From positions 54,126,001 through 54,190,000 of the forward strand of contig OX597819.1 in the NCBI GenBank assembly GCA_951406725.2: a DNA stretch of 64,000 nucleotides. The letters are read 5' to 3'. This stretch comes from Octopus vulgaris. Its lineage: Eukaryota. The notes under the pieces are model-generated. The model had not been told where the DNA came from. It did not search any database and saw only the letters and a program-made list of their open reading frames with translations. This document shows positions 26,840 to 40,345 of the stretch, one piece after another. Numbering within the stretch: the first letter of the stretch is position 1; every line of letters begins with the position of its first letter. Made by a program: the position numbers and the translations under genes.

Positions 26840-26890
26840 TTTGTCAGTGAACAGGTCGTGGTCTCAAAGCGATGAAAATATTTTGGCAAA
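26840..26890 (+). ncRNA. Minimal hammerhead-like motif with G3-C8 core variant
   Basis: UUUGUCA-GUGAACA-G-GUCGU(loop)GCGAU-GAA-AAUAUU-U-UGGCAAA; stems I and II pair using G-U wobbles; stem III is palindromic. Confidence 0.55.
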
Positions 26891-27046
26891 TTAAATTTAA
26901 ATGTTGATGTGAATCTAACGGCTTTTGTGTGTTTCTTAAATGGCTTATAAATACCTTCCATGCTGCCACTGTTTTTGTTCCAGCACATGATCTCAGATCA
27001 GGTCACTTGCTACACAAGTACATCTCCGTAATATATATATATATTA

Positions 27047-27087
<41 letters not shown>

Positions 27088-27090
<3 letters not shown>

Positions 27091-27530
27091 CTGCAGTGAA
27101 TATATTGGCATCTAAATTACACAAAAATGAAAATAACACTGACATCTCATTTTAACAGATATATTTACCAAAATTATATTAAATACTAGAAATACTAGTG
27201 AGTAGTGTTACAAGAAGTTTTGTTGGTCTCTTACTCAACTGTACTTCACACATTAGAATCAAGGGGGTTGCAGTCTGGGGAGTCAGGTGGCTAGATGTAA
27301 GGGGTGGTGTGGTTGCAGAAATTGTCTGACAGCCATGGCTGGGCTCTCCTGCTTATGTGGTATGGTGCAAAGTCCTGTTGCTGACATAGGGTCTTCCAGC
27401 AGCCATCCTCTTGACCCACGAGAAGATGAATGGAGGCATAATGTTGCCATCATTAGTGATCACTCCAAACACCATAATGTTGACTGGATGTTTGATTTTT
27501 ATCACTCTCAGTACATGTCCTCAGACTGAC
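27088..27530 (-). mobile_element. Tc1/mariner superfamily (probably D,D37D maT-like) transposase remnant
   Basis: Minus-strand fragments KHPVNIMVFGVITNDGNIMPPFIF, AAGRPYV and PPDSPDCNP. Confidence 0.65.
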
Positions 27531-28319
27531 ACCCAAACACTCTGAAATGTGTACAATCAGTACAGAATGTCATTTACAAATTTCTGGCAGAGTGAATTGT
27601 GTCATGGAGCTGTTTTTCCCCCAGATGGTGCCCAACTGACCCTACTATACTGTGTAGTTAACAAAATCAAAAACAAATAAATGTGCCCTAGCTACGAAAT
27701 GGATGACCTATAATCCAGTTGGGGTGTTGCTGTACTTTTTTAGGTTAAAACCACAGAGAGATTTGAGTTCAGCACTACAAATTAATAAAATGTATAAATT
27801 ATGATAATTATCAGAACTTACTGCTATGAAATATACTTCCCTATGATAATAATAATTATAATTCTTTTCAATTTTGGTACAAGGCCAGCAATTTTGAGGG
27901 GAAGGGGGAAAGTCAGTTACATCAGTTCCTGTGTTTGACTGGTACTTCTGTTGACACAGAAAGGATGAACAGCAAAGTCAACCTTGGTTGAATTTGAACT
28001 CAGAATGTAAAGCTGGAAGAAGCGCTAAACATTTTGTTTAGCATGCTAATGATTCTACTAATTTGATGCCTTAATGATAATAATAATAATAACAACAACA
28101 ATTCTTTCTACTGTAGGTACAGGGCCTGAAATTTGAAGGAAGGGATTAAGTTGATTATATCGACCCCAGTGCATGACTGGTACTTTTTTAATCGACCCTG
28201 AAAGGATGAAAGGTAAAGTCGACCTTGGTGGAATTTGAATTCAGAATGTAACGATAGATGAAATACAGTTAAGCATTTCACCTAGCATGCTAATGATTCT
28301 GCCAGCTTGCCACCTTTGC

Positions 28320-28387
<68 letters not shown>

Positions 28388-28465
28388 CGATGATGGTGGT
28401 GGTGATGATGAGGACGACGACAATGACGATGACGACGACGATGATGATGACGACGACGACAATGA
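28320..28465 (+). repeat. Compound trinucleotide microsatellite (AAT)n(GAT)n(GGT)n(GAC)n
   Basis: Direct reading. Confidence 0.95.
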
Positions 28466-28619
28466 GGATTTCTTTTATTTGCTACCAGGGCAAAGAATGG
28501 GGGGGAAAATACAAAGACAGACATAAAGTGTGGGGGTTTAAACATTTACAAATTACGGAGGTCCGACATGTATGACTTCACAGGCTAATAGCAATAATAA
28601 TGATGATGATGATGATGAT

Positions 28620-29420
28620 AGAGGATGTAACGGCAATTTTACAGGGACACAGAAGCCAAAACTGATTTGGCAAAGAAGTGGCTATGGATGCAGAAAATTA
28701 TCTTAAACCAGAAACAGAAGTTAAAATTGTGCACCACAGGAGCAAGCCCTGAGGACAAATTATGTTAAGCACAAGATTGACAACTCAAGTGCAACAGAAA
28801 AGTGAAGGATATGCAGAGAAAAGGGAGAAACTGTGACATATTACCAACCAGTGCACAAAGCTGACACAAAAAGAATACAAGTGATAATGTAGCAAATATT
28901 GTTCATTGGGAGTTATGCAAGAAATACAGTCTTGAAAGAGCAAGTCAGTGGTATGAGCACAAACCAGAAGGCATTGTGGAAAATTATTAGACCAAGATTT
29001 TATGGAACTTTATGGTATAATGTGGCCATGAAATTGAACACCACAAACCAGATATGATGATGAACAAAGTTAAAAAACAGTGCTTGATTCTAGAAGTGAT
29101 TTGTCCAGTTGACAATAAGGTTTGCAACAAAGAATTGAAGAAAATTAGGGGATAAAACATTTGTAGGTAATGGAAGAAGTTGAGGTGGTCCCATTTGTTG
29201 TCAGACACTTGGTACTGAGCACCAGAATTAAAAAGTATTTTTTAAAAAAACAGGGACATCATCAGAGTGGGGCACATACAGAAAACAACACTCTTTGGAA
29301 CTGCTAGAATATTAAAAAGAGTGTTGACAATTAAAAATTCCACCTCAGTCCACTGGTTGTGGACAGCTGGAACCTGTATTACACCACCAGCAACAAATGG
29401 TGTGCAACAAGCATAAGAAC
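28620..29420 (+). mobile_element. R4/Dong-type (RLE) non-LTR retrotransposon 3' remnant
   Basis: QEQALRTNYVKHKID, CREKGETV, VHWELCKKY, WYEHKPE, HHKPDM, preceded by trinucleotide repeats. A related minus-strand remnant lies at ~7330-7860. Confidence 0.7.
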
Positions 29421-30084
29421 AACAATAGCGATAATAATGAGCTTATTGTATATAGGGCTTAGTTAAGCACACTACAACTTGTTGGAAAAGAGTAAAAGAG
29501 AAAATTGAATGCAGCAATAAGCCAAGTAAAGAAAGCCAGCAATGAAAGCCAAAAGTACATGCACACTACACAGAATAAGACACACATAAAAAAACAACAT
29601 AAACAAACAGTAAAAGAGCCACAAAGAGGGAAGTATGCATAGGTATATCAGGAGTAGTGTTGGTAAATTTTGGGAAGCATGGAATTTTTAAAGGATGCAG
29701 TGTCTTGGCAGCTAACTACTGACACTGTTAGTTTATCTCCATGCTTCAGCAATTCTGAGCATGAAAAAAAATGGTTCCAAACCTCATGAGTGCTTTACTG
29801 TTTTGAACTGATAATGAAATAAGGACAGGTAATTTTCAGTTATCAAACTTTCTTCATTTTCTATTACTGAAAATAAATTTAATTTTTGACTTCATTAACA
29901 TAGTCTAAATAAGAGTTGAGGAACAACAATTTTGCCTAAGACTTACTGAGGCGGTTACCCACTAGAAAGTTAAGTAATCAGTCTGATTTGAATAAGGGTT
30001 CCACTCAGGATTTCACTTGCCAGGTTTTACTCCTTTAGGTTTTGCTGTTAGAAGCTCTCTATGGTAGTGGGTATTCCTTTAGAG

Positions 30085-31385
30085 CAGTGGTTCTCAACCA
30101 GGATCAATATGATCCCTGAGGGCCCATATAACTGTAGTGGTCTCTGATATCCTCACTGTTTGAGAAACACGGCAGGAATGGTCTCGTTTGAGATTACGGC
30201 CATCTTTGGCCGAGTTGTTCCTGTTGTAACCACTAACCTGATTGGTTGACATGTGGCGCGATTTGTCTCTACGTATTTCGCGCCACTGGCCAAAGCCAAC
30301 CAATCAAGACCTCCCATTTCTTAAGCTCGTTTGAGCCACCTTACTTGTATATAAGGGAGTGAATCCCTTCACCAAGGGTCTTTGGTTTCCAGTCCTTGTA
30401 AGGACTGAACCTCTGATCACAGAGCTACTCAACATGTTCCAGTCACAGACGACAGACGATCAGCCACGACAACGCTAATGTACACCCGCAACAGAAAGCC
30501 TACTATCTCTGCTACCGTCGCCATCATCATCGTCCACTTCAGACATGTACACACCAACATCACAGAACCAAGCTGTTAGAGTGAACGCCTTCACCAAGTA
30601 GAAACAGTCCATCTGAAGAAATCTATATCAGGAGAACCAGCTCGCCGATTTGAGACCACGACCACGGCTCGACAATAATTCACCCGGCCGACCTCTGCCC
30701 GAGACACAAGATCCTGATAATGAACTCTTACACTTTGTGTACCTCAGAACAGTAAATCAATTTCCATTATGAACTCTATGCTCTGTACTTTCTGTGTCGC
30801 ACGCATTCACCCTTATTGTACCTACTATGTCACACACACGAACACACAGACACAAACACGTGTTGCATGCACACACGCACTTGCTAGCACTCACAACCTT
30901 CTAACCTTAACACCAATTGTAAATAAAATCTTCTCTTCTCTCAAACAGTGGAACGGCCTTGTAGTCAATTCATCTATATTCTGTTGGCACTGCATTGTAT
31001 AAAATTGTATTAATGGCTTATCTTATTTCGCTAGGAATGCGACTGTGTAACTTACCTATGTCACCAACCTCAACATACGGTCGTATTCCCTACATAATAA
31101 TTTTGGGGTCTACATAGCAAAATTGAGGATCCACAATAGTATTTTAAGGGCCCCTGAAGAAACTTGGCTTTAAAAGTATGTAGTGGTATATTTTCAAGAA
31201 ACAGTTAGGTTTCTTTCTCTAACATTTTCTATAGTTCAACCTACACAAAAGAATGTGAGAAAAACAAAATAAGAATTTTGAAAGAAGTTTCTATAAAAAT
31301 TGCTTTTAAACATCAAATGGCTATGGAGCTCCACCAGAGTAGTAATCAAAGGGGTCCATAGATTAAAAATGGTTGAGAACCCCTG
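30085..31385. mobile_element. hAT (Charlie-like) MITE interrupted by the solo LTR
   Basis: TIRs cagtggttctcaacc / ggttgagaacccctg; 8-bp TSD ctttagag/ctttagaa. Confidence 0.8.
30133..31094 (+). mobile_element. Solo LTR (~960 bp)
   Basis: TGTAG...CTACA termini; imperfect 4-bp TSD taac/taat; TATA-like tatataag at ~30348; AATAAA at ~30922; CpG-rich; splits a hAT MITE. Confidence 0.75.
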
Positions 31386-31626
31386 CTTTAGAAGAAGCAT
31401 ATGAACATTCATATTTCAAGGAAGTTATAGGAATGACTTATATCTGAGAGTTTGAGCTCATGAATTGTTCATGTCATAGTGTAAACACTAACTTGCTAAT
31501 CTACAAATGAAAAAAATTTCTTTTTCTTGCTCTGATTATTTCTTGATTAAAACTCAATATTTCATGACATTTTGTAAAGAATGTAGTATATATGTGAACA
31601 TATGTTTTGGTCTTGTTATGCAAATA

Positions 31627-31663
<37 letters not shown>

Positions 31664-31995
31664 CACAGGACTTGAAAGTCTTCTTGCACCCTCTCTCACC
31701 AGCTGTTAAGTTACCATTAAAAGTGATGGGCTAAAAATACTTAGACAATTACATAAGGATTACCTGAGCCTGTTAACATTTTTACCAGGTCTTGAAGGAT
31801 CCACTATCTACTTTTCTGGTGACTGAAGATGGGATTTAAATTCATAAAACACAAAGCTGAAACAAACACCATTAAGGCATCTTATTTGATACTCCAACAA
31901 TGTCACCAATCCACCAACTTAGTCTGGTCCTTTATGCTTTGGCCTCCAAAAGGATGAAGAACAAAGTTGAACCTAATGTTCAGTGAATTGGTATA

Positions 31996-32752
31996 CGAGG
32001 GGCGTTCAATAAGTAATGATCCTGACCTACTTCCTGTAGCAGTAGAGCAACAAAACTTGGCACAGTTATTAGTCTTTTTCTACATAGGAACCACCCACAG
32101 TTACGCATTTCTCCCATCGTTTGATGCAGCTCTGGAGACCGTTTTTGTAGAAGACCCCAGCTTGGTCCTCCAACCACAACGTGACTTCAGAAATCAAGGC
32201 TGCATCATCTGGGAAACGCTTTCCTTTCAAAAACAGCTTCATGGCTGGGAAGAGGTGAAAATCAGAGGGTGCAAGGTCAGGAGAGTAGGGGGGATGGGGG
32301 AGGAGTTTATAGCCGCATGCCTGTGCTTCTGATCTGGCAACACGCAAGTTGTGGACCGGAGTGTTGTCCTGCAGGAGGAGGATGCCTTTGCTGATCTTGC
32401 CCTGCCTCTTGATTTTGATTGCTTCTCTTAATTTCCTCAAAAGTGAAGCATAATAGGCTCCTGTAATTGTGGTACCCTTTGCCAGGAAATCTGTCATCAC
32501 TACTCCGTCCTGGTCCCAGAAGACTGTGAGCATGACCTTGCCAGCAGAGGGCTGCACCCTTGCCTTCTTTGGAGGAGGTGAGTCACAGTGCTTCCACTGC
32601 ATTGACTGGGCTTTGGTCTCTGGATCATAGTGATGGACCCAGGGTTCATCCTGTGTAATCAGTCTTTTGAAAAATTTTGACTCATCTTCTTGGCACATCT
32701 CCAAATTCATCTTCGAGCACTCGACGCATTCTTGCTTCTGGAAAGGTGTGAC
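31996..32752 (-). mobile_element. mariner (D,D34D) transposon, 5'-truncated, catalytic domain uninterrupted
   Basis: ORF 32069-32710 contains ITQDEPWV, LQDNTPVH and YSPDLAPSDFHLF. TA-cgaggggcgttcaataagt terminal repeat. Confidence 0.9.
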
Positions 32753-35098
32753 ATTTCAACTGCAACCATCCTGTTTATTTTCATTCATAATATATCAGGT
32801 CCCATATTACCCAGTTTTTCTTTCCATTTTAAGATTTTGGGATTGTGATTTCAGAAAGATTTGGCTGTTATTTGTAGCTGGTCATGTGATCATATAGAAG
32901 GTCTCTCTGGAAGCTTTGTTTTCTTTGGGTACAGTACACACAATTGTATGTCTCCATATCTTGAAATAAGTACTGAAAGGGATTTATGCTATTGTTATTT
33001 CAACCCAGGTAGTTTTTGACTGAGCAGACCAGCAGCATGTAGATAATTGAATAGATATAATCCATGGGAGCTTCTACATAGTCACTTGACTTGCTAGCAC
33101 TTGTAACCAAACAACATCCAACTATGATAAAAATTAGAAGGACACTGTTGACAATGCACTTCTCAATTCATTAATCTAGAAAATAAAATACTGACAGGTG
33201 GTCACAGCTGGGATGCCGGTTGAACAGCGTAAAGTTGAATCAGAAAACAAACAGACTGACACACAAATCAATAGTAAACTTGAGAAAAACTTGGAGGTTG
33301 CAAGTGTGCTAAAAATGAATTGAAAAGTTACAAGTACTCTTGTACACATAGGAGATGCTATTGTTTATTCTGTGTGAGTAATCTTATGATAAAAACTCAT
33401 CTTTTTAGGGGAATCTTAGGTTATGTAATCTAATATGTAAATTCTTTTTAAAATGTAGGCTATTATTTGAGGGAAATTTGGCTGATATCTCTAGCCAGTT
33501 GAGAGACAACATGCAGGTTCCCACATTGGTTTGTATATAAAGGGGTTGAAGTGTTTGATAAGGATAAAAGCTAATAGAAACCATTAATGTTTGGAGTAAG
33601 TGCTAGAATATCATCTTGTCAGACCTTAGAAACTGAATTTGTTCTGCTTGATGGTTGTGTACTCAGAGTATTAAGGAATCTGAGCTAGAAAAGACCAGTT
33701 CAGAAGATATGTCAGAGAGAGCAGTTAGAAGCAAAGAGAATAGTGCATGTGAAAATGTTACTACTATGGTACTGCACCTGGATTGATCTAAGCTGGAAGT
33801 GGTGAATGAGATAATGTAGCAAAATTAAAGGATATCCTTTTGGTAAAGAGCCAAAATACAGGGCTAGCCTACATTTTAAAAAGAATTTACATATTTACAA
33901 ATATTTTTTGCTATTTGAATAGATGTCTTGCATGAGTTGGATTTGTATATAAATACCTTTCATTTGGGTCCAGTGAGTAATTCCTGCAAGTGGTTTATGT
34001 TACATAATTTTTTTATATAACCACTTGTAAATCATTTAAAGAGATATATAGGACATAGATGAGCATTCTTATAAGTAAAGACTATGTTATTTCATTGGTT
34101 GTCATGAAATTATCAAATTAAAGTGCATATGCTTCCATAATTTGACATGGAATTAGTGGAAATCTAACCTTTAATACCAGATATAAAGCCATATGGCTAT
34201 GATATGTTCACACTTACAGTTTGCATTTTCAGTCTGGAACACCATATTGTCCAAAATATCAATCTACTGGAAGATATCCTAAGACATGCAACCAGTCAAA
34301 TACCCTCTTTTAATCACTTACCATATCTTTAATGGGTTGCTTCTCTGAGCATTGATACACTAAAGCTTTGACATCTATCAGCTGACTTGGTAGAAGCCCA
34401 CAAAATCATCCACCATCTTTCAAAAATAACAACTTTGGCCCCCCACTTTTTTAAATTCAATATCTGTACTTCTCTGGACATACTTATATAAAATCAAAAA
34501 AACCATGAAGAACCCATGACTTTCAGAACCATTTTTTCATGCTCAGAATTGTTGAAGCATGGAATAAACTACACACATCAGTTTTGTTTGATATCACAAC
34601 ACTATATTCTCCAAAAATTATATGCTTCCCAAAATTTGCCAACACAACTCCTGACATACCTATGCACCCTTTCCTCTTTATAGCTCTTTTACTGTTCACT
34701 TTTTGAGCTTATCCAGTGTACTATGCATGTGCTTTTGGCTATCGTTACTGTCTTTCTTTACATGACTTACTGCTCTTTCTGTTTCTTTTTCACCCTTTTC
34801 CAATGAGTTATAGAGCACCTGAGCACTATATACAATAAGATCACTATTGTTGTTGTTGCTGTTGTTGTTGTTAATATCATTAAAAGCAACAATCTGGCAG
34901 TAATGTTAGCATGCTGGGGCAAAATGCTTGGCAGCATTTCATTTGTCTTTATTTTCAGAGTACAAATTTTACTGAGGTCAACTCTGCCTTTCATCCTGTC
35001 AGGATTGATGAAATGAGTACCAGTTTTGCACTTGGGTCGATGTAATTGACTAGTCCCCATCCCCCAAAATTCCAGGCCTTGTGCCTTTAGTAGAAAGG

Positions 35099-35136
<38 letters not shown>

Positions 35137-38100
35137 GGTATGGTTCAGTGAAATTTTCATGTACTATAAGAATGCAGTGAGACTAATGTAGTTTCAGTAC
35201 AGAAGTTGAATTTAGAGGTTGAGAATAGAGCAAATATATTACTTAAATGTGTTTAAATGCTAAAATTAAATTATTGTATCAACCAGAGACAGAGGGGAAG
35301 AAATTAGTGAGGATTTTCAGAAAGATCATTGTTTCAGTTTCTATATCTGTTAAGGTTGAAAAACAAATAAAGATGTGAGCGTTGAAGTCACTTCAAAAGC
35401 GAGTATCAATTAAGGAATGAAAAAAGAGTTAAGTTGGGTGTTGTCAATGATAAGCAATATGGGCTTAAACAGCTGCTAATAGTTTGACTGATTTGAGAAA
35501 TGTTAATTGGAAATGGTTATTGAAAAAATAGTCGCAAAGTCTAACTTGAAGCCTTAAGTGTCGGGAAGTATTTGTTGCTTATGACAAATATTTCCCAAGT
35601 GGAAAACATACATGGGATTGTGTATTCAAAGTAAGTCCTCACTCTACTTTTTGGAAAGTTGTATAGTCTTACACAAGCAAACCTGTAATGCAGAGTGGCT
35701 AATTCAAGTGTTGCAAAAGAGATGATTCTCCATAAGGCACTGAAAAGTGAAATAGCCCAATTTTGTATTTTTGTCACAGAGCTCCATTTTAAGACTGAGT
35801 AACATTTCAATGATTTCATTTTGTAAATTATAATGAGAAATTACAAATTACAATTATAGAATTTTTTTTTTATATGTTAACCAAGAAAGGGGGAGCATCA
35901 TCCACAACCATTTCAAACCCTCCCAGAGAGGTGAGATATCCAGACTGAACATCTGCAGATCAATATCTGGTTGCTGGATAAACATGTGTACACAAGGAAC
36001 CAAGGGGCTCATCCAAATATCTGCAACAAAGTAAAATCTGTTAAATGCTCTGAAAATACAAAGTCTTAACCCAGAAGTGCATTAGCCCTAAAGTCACCTG
36101 AAAACAGGCAGCTTGTTTAATGTATTAACCAAAATGTACTAGGTCTGCCACCTTATTCTCATAGATTGCAGACCTATCCAGCTTATTTTAGCAATTAACT
36201 AAATCTAGGAAGAAGCCAAAAATGATGTTACTTTTGCAGTGCTGTACGAAAAAAAAAAAAAAAAAAAGATATCCAGTCTTTTTGGCTCGTCATCAAAGAA
36301 TTTCTGTGAATTAAATGAATAGCATAATTACTCATGTATAATATAAGAATTTAATACAAAACATCAAGGTCAAAATTGGGTGGTAGCATTATACTTGAGT
36401 TGTCAAAAGAAAAAGAAAAAAGATAAAAGATAAAAAGATTTCACTGATTTTTTGGTACAAAACGTGGTGGTCGCATTACGAGATGTACAAGATTGCATAG
36501 TACTCGAATAAATAAAGCAATTTAGGTGATAAGTCTGAACTGAACGGATTATAATAATAATAATTCATTATCATAACAATTATCATAATTCATGTTCATC
36601 TCTTAGTGTTTGTTACTACCACTGGCTATTAAAAAAAATAATAGATGAAATTGGTTTCCTTTTCACTTGGTACAACAATTCTATATTTTAAGAGATTTTT
36701 ATTATGATATTGATACTATTTATACCCCTGATACCATAACAGGGTATAAATGAAGTGAACATACATCAAAACTGGATTGTAGTTTCGGTAAACCAATAAT
36801 ATATTTATTTGTCACAAAAGAAAATATTGATCTCTCACTCTTGCCCAAGGCCACCTTTACAGAGTATTGATGAGCATATTCAAACAGTCGATACCAAGGA
36901 AACTAGACCTGTTCTGTTTGGGCTATAATGATTTATGCAGTGTTCACCAAGTGGAATAAATTTAAGTCAAGTATAGTTGATTTGAATGACGTATAATTTT
37001 TTAACTCACAGGGATGAAAAGCAAAATCAACTATCGTGGGACTTAAACTCAGAATCTTGAGAAACGGAATTAAATATTGAAATATACTTTGTCAAGCGCT
37101 CCACGATTCATTCTGATCTTCCACACCTTCTACAGAAAAAATGTTACCAAGCTTGCGAGTCAGTTCAAACGTTAGGTAGGACAAGGGGAGAAACTCTGCA
37201 TGACAGTATTCAAAATGTGATTTATGTATACGTAAGCTATTAATGCGTTCACAGGAGAAATTGAGGACTTTTTTTTTTTTTTTCTGCAACCGCATCTCTA
37301 CATGTTATTAACTTTTTTTATGGTATGATTTCTTTTTAAATATTTAAATTGATTGAATTAACATGATTTACTCAATTTTATAATTTATTTCAGTGAGGAA
37401 ACAGCTTCGTGGTCGTTCAACTATCTAGAAATAGCAGCTAAAGCCACCCTCTCTAGTATCACACCGTCATCATCATCATCATCATTTAACGTCCGTTGTT
37501 CATGCAAGCATGAGTTGGACGGTTTGACCAGAGCTCCTTGCTGGAAAGCTGCACCAGACTTCAATTTGATTTGGCATGGTTTCTACAGCTAGATGCACTT
37601 CCTAATGCCAACTGCTTTACAGAATGTGCTGGGTGCTTTTATGTGGCACCACACGATCGCTTTTACATGACATTATACAGCTGCTTTTACGTCGTGCTGA
37701 ATGAGTGCTTTTACATAGTGTCACACGGGCACTTGTATGTGACACTGTCACGAGTGCTTTTTACGTGGTACTGACACAGGTCTCTTTCAGGTCAATCCCC
37801 ACCACCAGGGGAACCAGTCTTAACACTTCTGCTGTGGAGTATAGGTCTTCTTGAGTACAGCAAGACACCAGGCATCTTGATCATCTTTGTCGTCTGACCT
37901 GAAAAGTTCAGCATCCTGTGGTCATTCTTCAGTAATTTGTCTCGTGTCTTCCTTGATCTCCCACCTCTACACATTCCATCTACTTTGAGAGATTGGCACT
38001 TCTTTAAGGAATTGACAGCATCCCATGACCAAACCAGTGCAGTCTTCTCTCTTGCACACAGCAATTAATTCCTCTTATGCCTAACTGCTCTCTCAAAAAT

Positions 38101-39568
38101 ACTAACACTTTGTTGAACATGTACATTTATATTACACATCCACCCTCATTGTTTTCTAACCTTCACATGTCCTCTGCATTCAGGGCCCGCATCTCACTAC
38201 AATGTAGAATTGCTGTCCATATATATACATCATATAATCTTCCTTTTACTTGAAGAGAGAAAATTTTAGTAGCCAATAGGGATAACAGCTCTCTGAATTT
38301 CCTCCATCTTTATTGTCTTATAAGGACAAGACACGTTAGATAATGTAGTCCAACATGATTATAAAAAAACAGAATGGTCCAAACTGGAATACTTTTGATC
38401 ATAGGGCTGTCCATTTGGAGCTGACGTGAGACTAAAAAAACCACAACAGTTAAGGTAAGATAACTAAATTCACCTACTTTGCATTATTTATATTTAACTT
38501 ATGCCCTTCATTGGTCATTGATGACTTTTCCCCACTGTTCTCAATTGTGGGCAATCTTTATTACTTCTCTCCAATGGGATCCCTACTTTTTCAGCTCTGC
38601 TTTAGTATCTCACCCTCAGCTATTTTTAGGGAGTCCTCTCTTCTACCTCCCTTGTGGGTTTCAGATCAGAACCTGACCTCTAATGCAGGATGTTGGTTTC
38701 CTTAAAGTGTGGTCCAACCATACTCACTTGTACTTCAGGATCTGCTTTTCCTCTGGCACCTGCCCACCCCTTCTTGCCATAGATCTTTATTTCTTATCTT
38801 ATCTAGTCATCTGATTTGAAGAATTTTCTTGATGTTCCATGTTGCAGTTTTGGTGTTTCTCCTAATGGTCACCTTCACAGCTTCCTTTTGGATTTTGCTG
38901 CATCATGTCATCTGTATCTCTTTGAAAATGATTTCTTCTCCCAGGTCTTTTTGGTTTTGAACTGTCTTAGATGATTTGGTAATTTTGATATTTTTTTTCT
39001 AGGTAGGGGTGTTGGCCCTATGCAAACCCATTTTTATCTCTGGGAAGAGATGCTCCATATTAATCTGGCCTCTATGCTTTGACCTGTCCAGCATGGCAGA
39101 CTTTACTAGGAGCTTGCACTTTACTGGCACTACACTCAGGGTCATTGAGGTGCACAAACTAATATACTACAACAAGGACTGGACCATATGATAGATTATT
39201 TATATTTAGAATATGTGTAATAGTTTAAGCATGCTGTTTAGTGCTTAAGAGTATTGGACTCACAATTATAAGACTGTGGTTCAATTCCCAAAGGAAATGG
39301 TGTACTATGTCCTTGAGTAAGACACTGGGGTCAATGTGATTGACATTCTCTCTTTCTCTAAAATTTTTGGCCTTGTGCCAAAATTTGAAACCAGCTTTAG
39401 GTTTCAGAAGTTTATTTCTATGTGATTAATATTTATTTACTGTAGCAATGCAGCTGGATTTGGTCTATGGTTGGATTTAACTTATAATACCTAGGATTTG
39501 TATATTACTCCTAACTTGAACTTTGAAGCTTTAAAATATTTTTGTGATAGCTATGTTTCCTGCAGTAA

Positions 39569-39599
<31 letters not shown>

Positions 39600-39745
39600 A
39601 CAAAATCTTAGCTGTACAAGGAACTGACTTTCTTTCTCTGCTATGAATCATCTATGATAAAATAACCTGTATTTTAGAACAATAGAAATTTATGAGAAGT
39701 AAATGAATATATTTCAAAATATATTCATGGAACTGTTCTCTTAAC

Positions 39746-39810
<65 letters not shown>

Positions 39811-40306
39811 TTACCATCTATTTTCCATGTTAATACAGGTAAGATTGTTTGATTGGAGCTGCTAAGCTGGAGAGCTGCATTGGGCTCCAGTGTATCTTAG
39901 CTTGGTTTCTAATGCTGGATGCCTTTCCTGATGCCAACCACTCCACAAAGTGTACTGGGTGTCTTTTATGTGTCACCAGCACTTGTGCCTCTTATGTGTC
40001 ACTGGCATAGATGCTTGTCACATGTCACTTGTACCAGTGCCTTTCTTGTGTCACAGACACAAGTGCCTTTTACATGCCACCAGCAAGGGTACCTTTCATG
40101 CATTTCTTTTCAATCAAACAAATTAAATTAGACCAGATGTTTTTGAGCTGGGTAGTAATATCCTCTTGGGGACACTGTGAGTTCACAAGGAGGTGGAAAA
40201 TATCAAATGGGTGTTAATAGAAGGTGCTATGTGGTGCATAAGTTATCTTAAAAATAAAATTGCCTAAACCAGTTACAATGTTTATACTTTAACCTATATG
40301 TATGAG

Positions 40307-40345
<39 letters not shown>

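Noticed and set aside
37100-37200. Possible small plus-strand exon (ctacag...gttag|gtagga)
   Set aside because: Weak donor and no recognisable peptide or partner exons.
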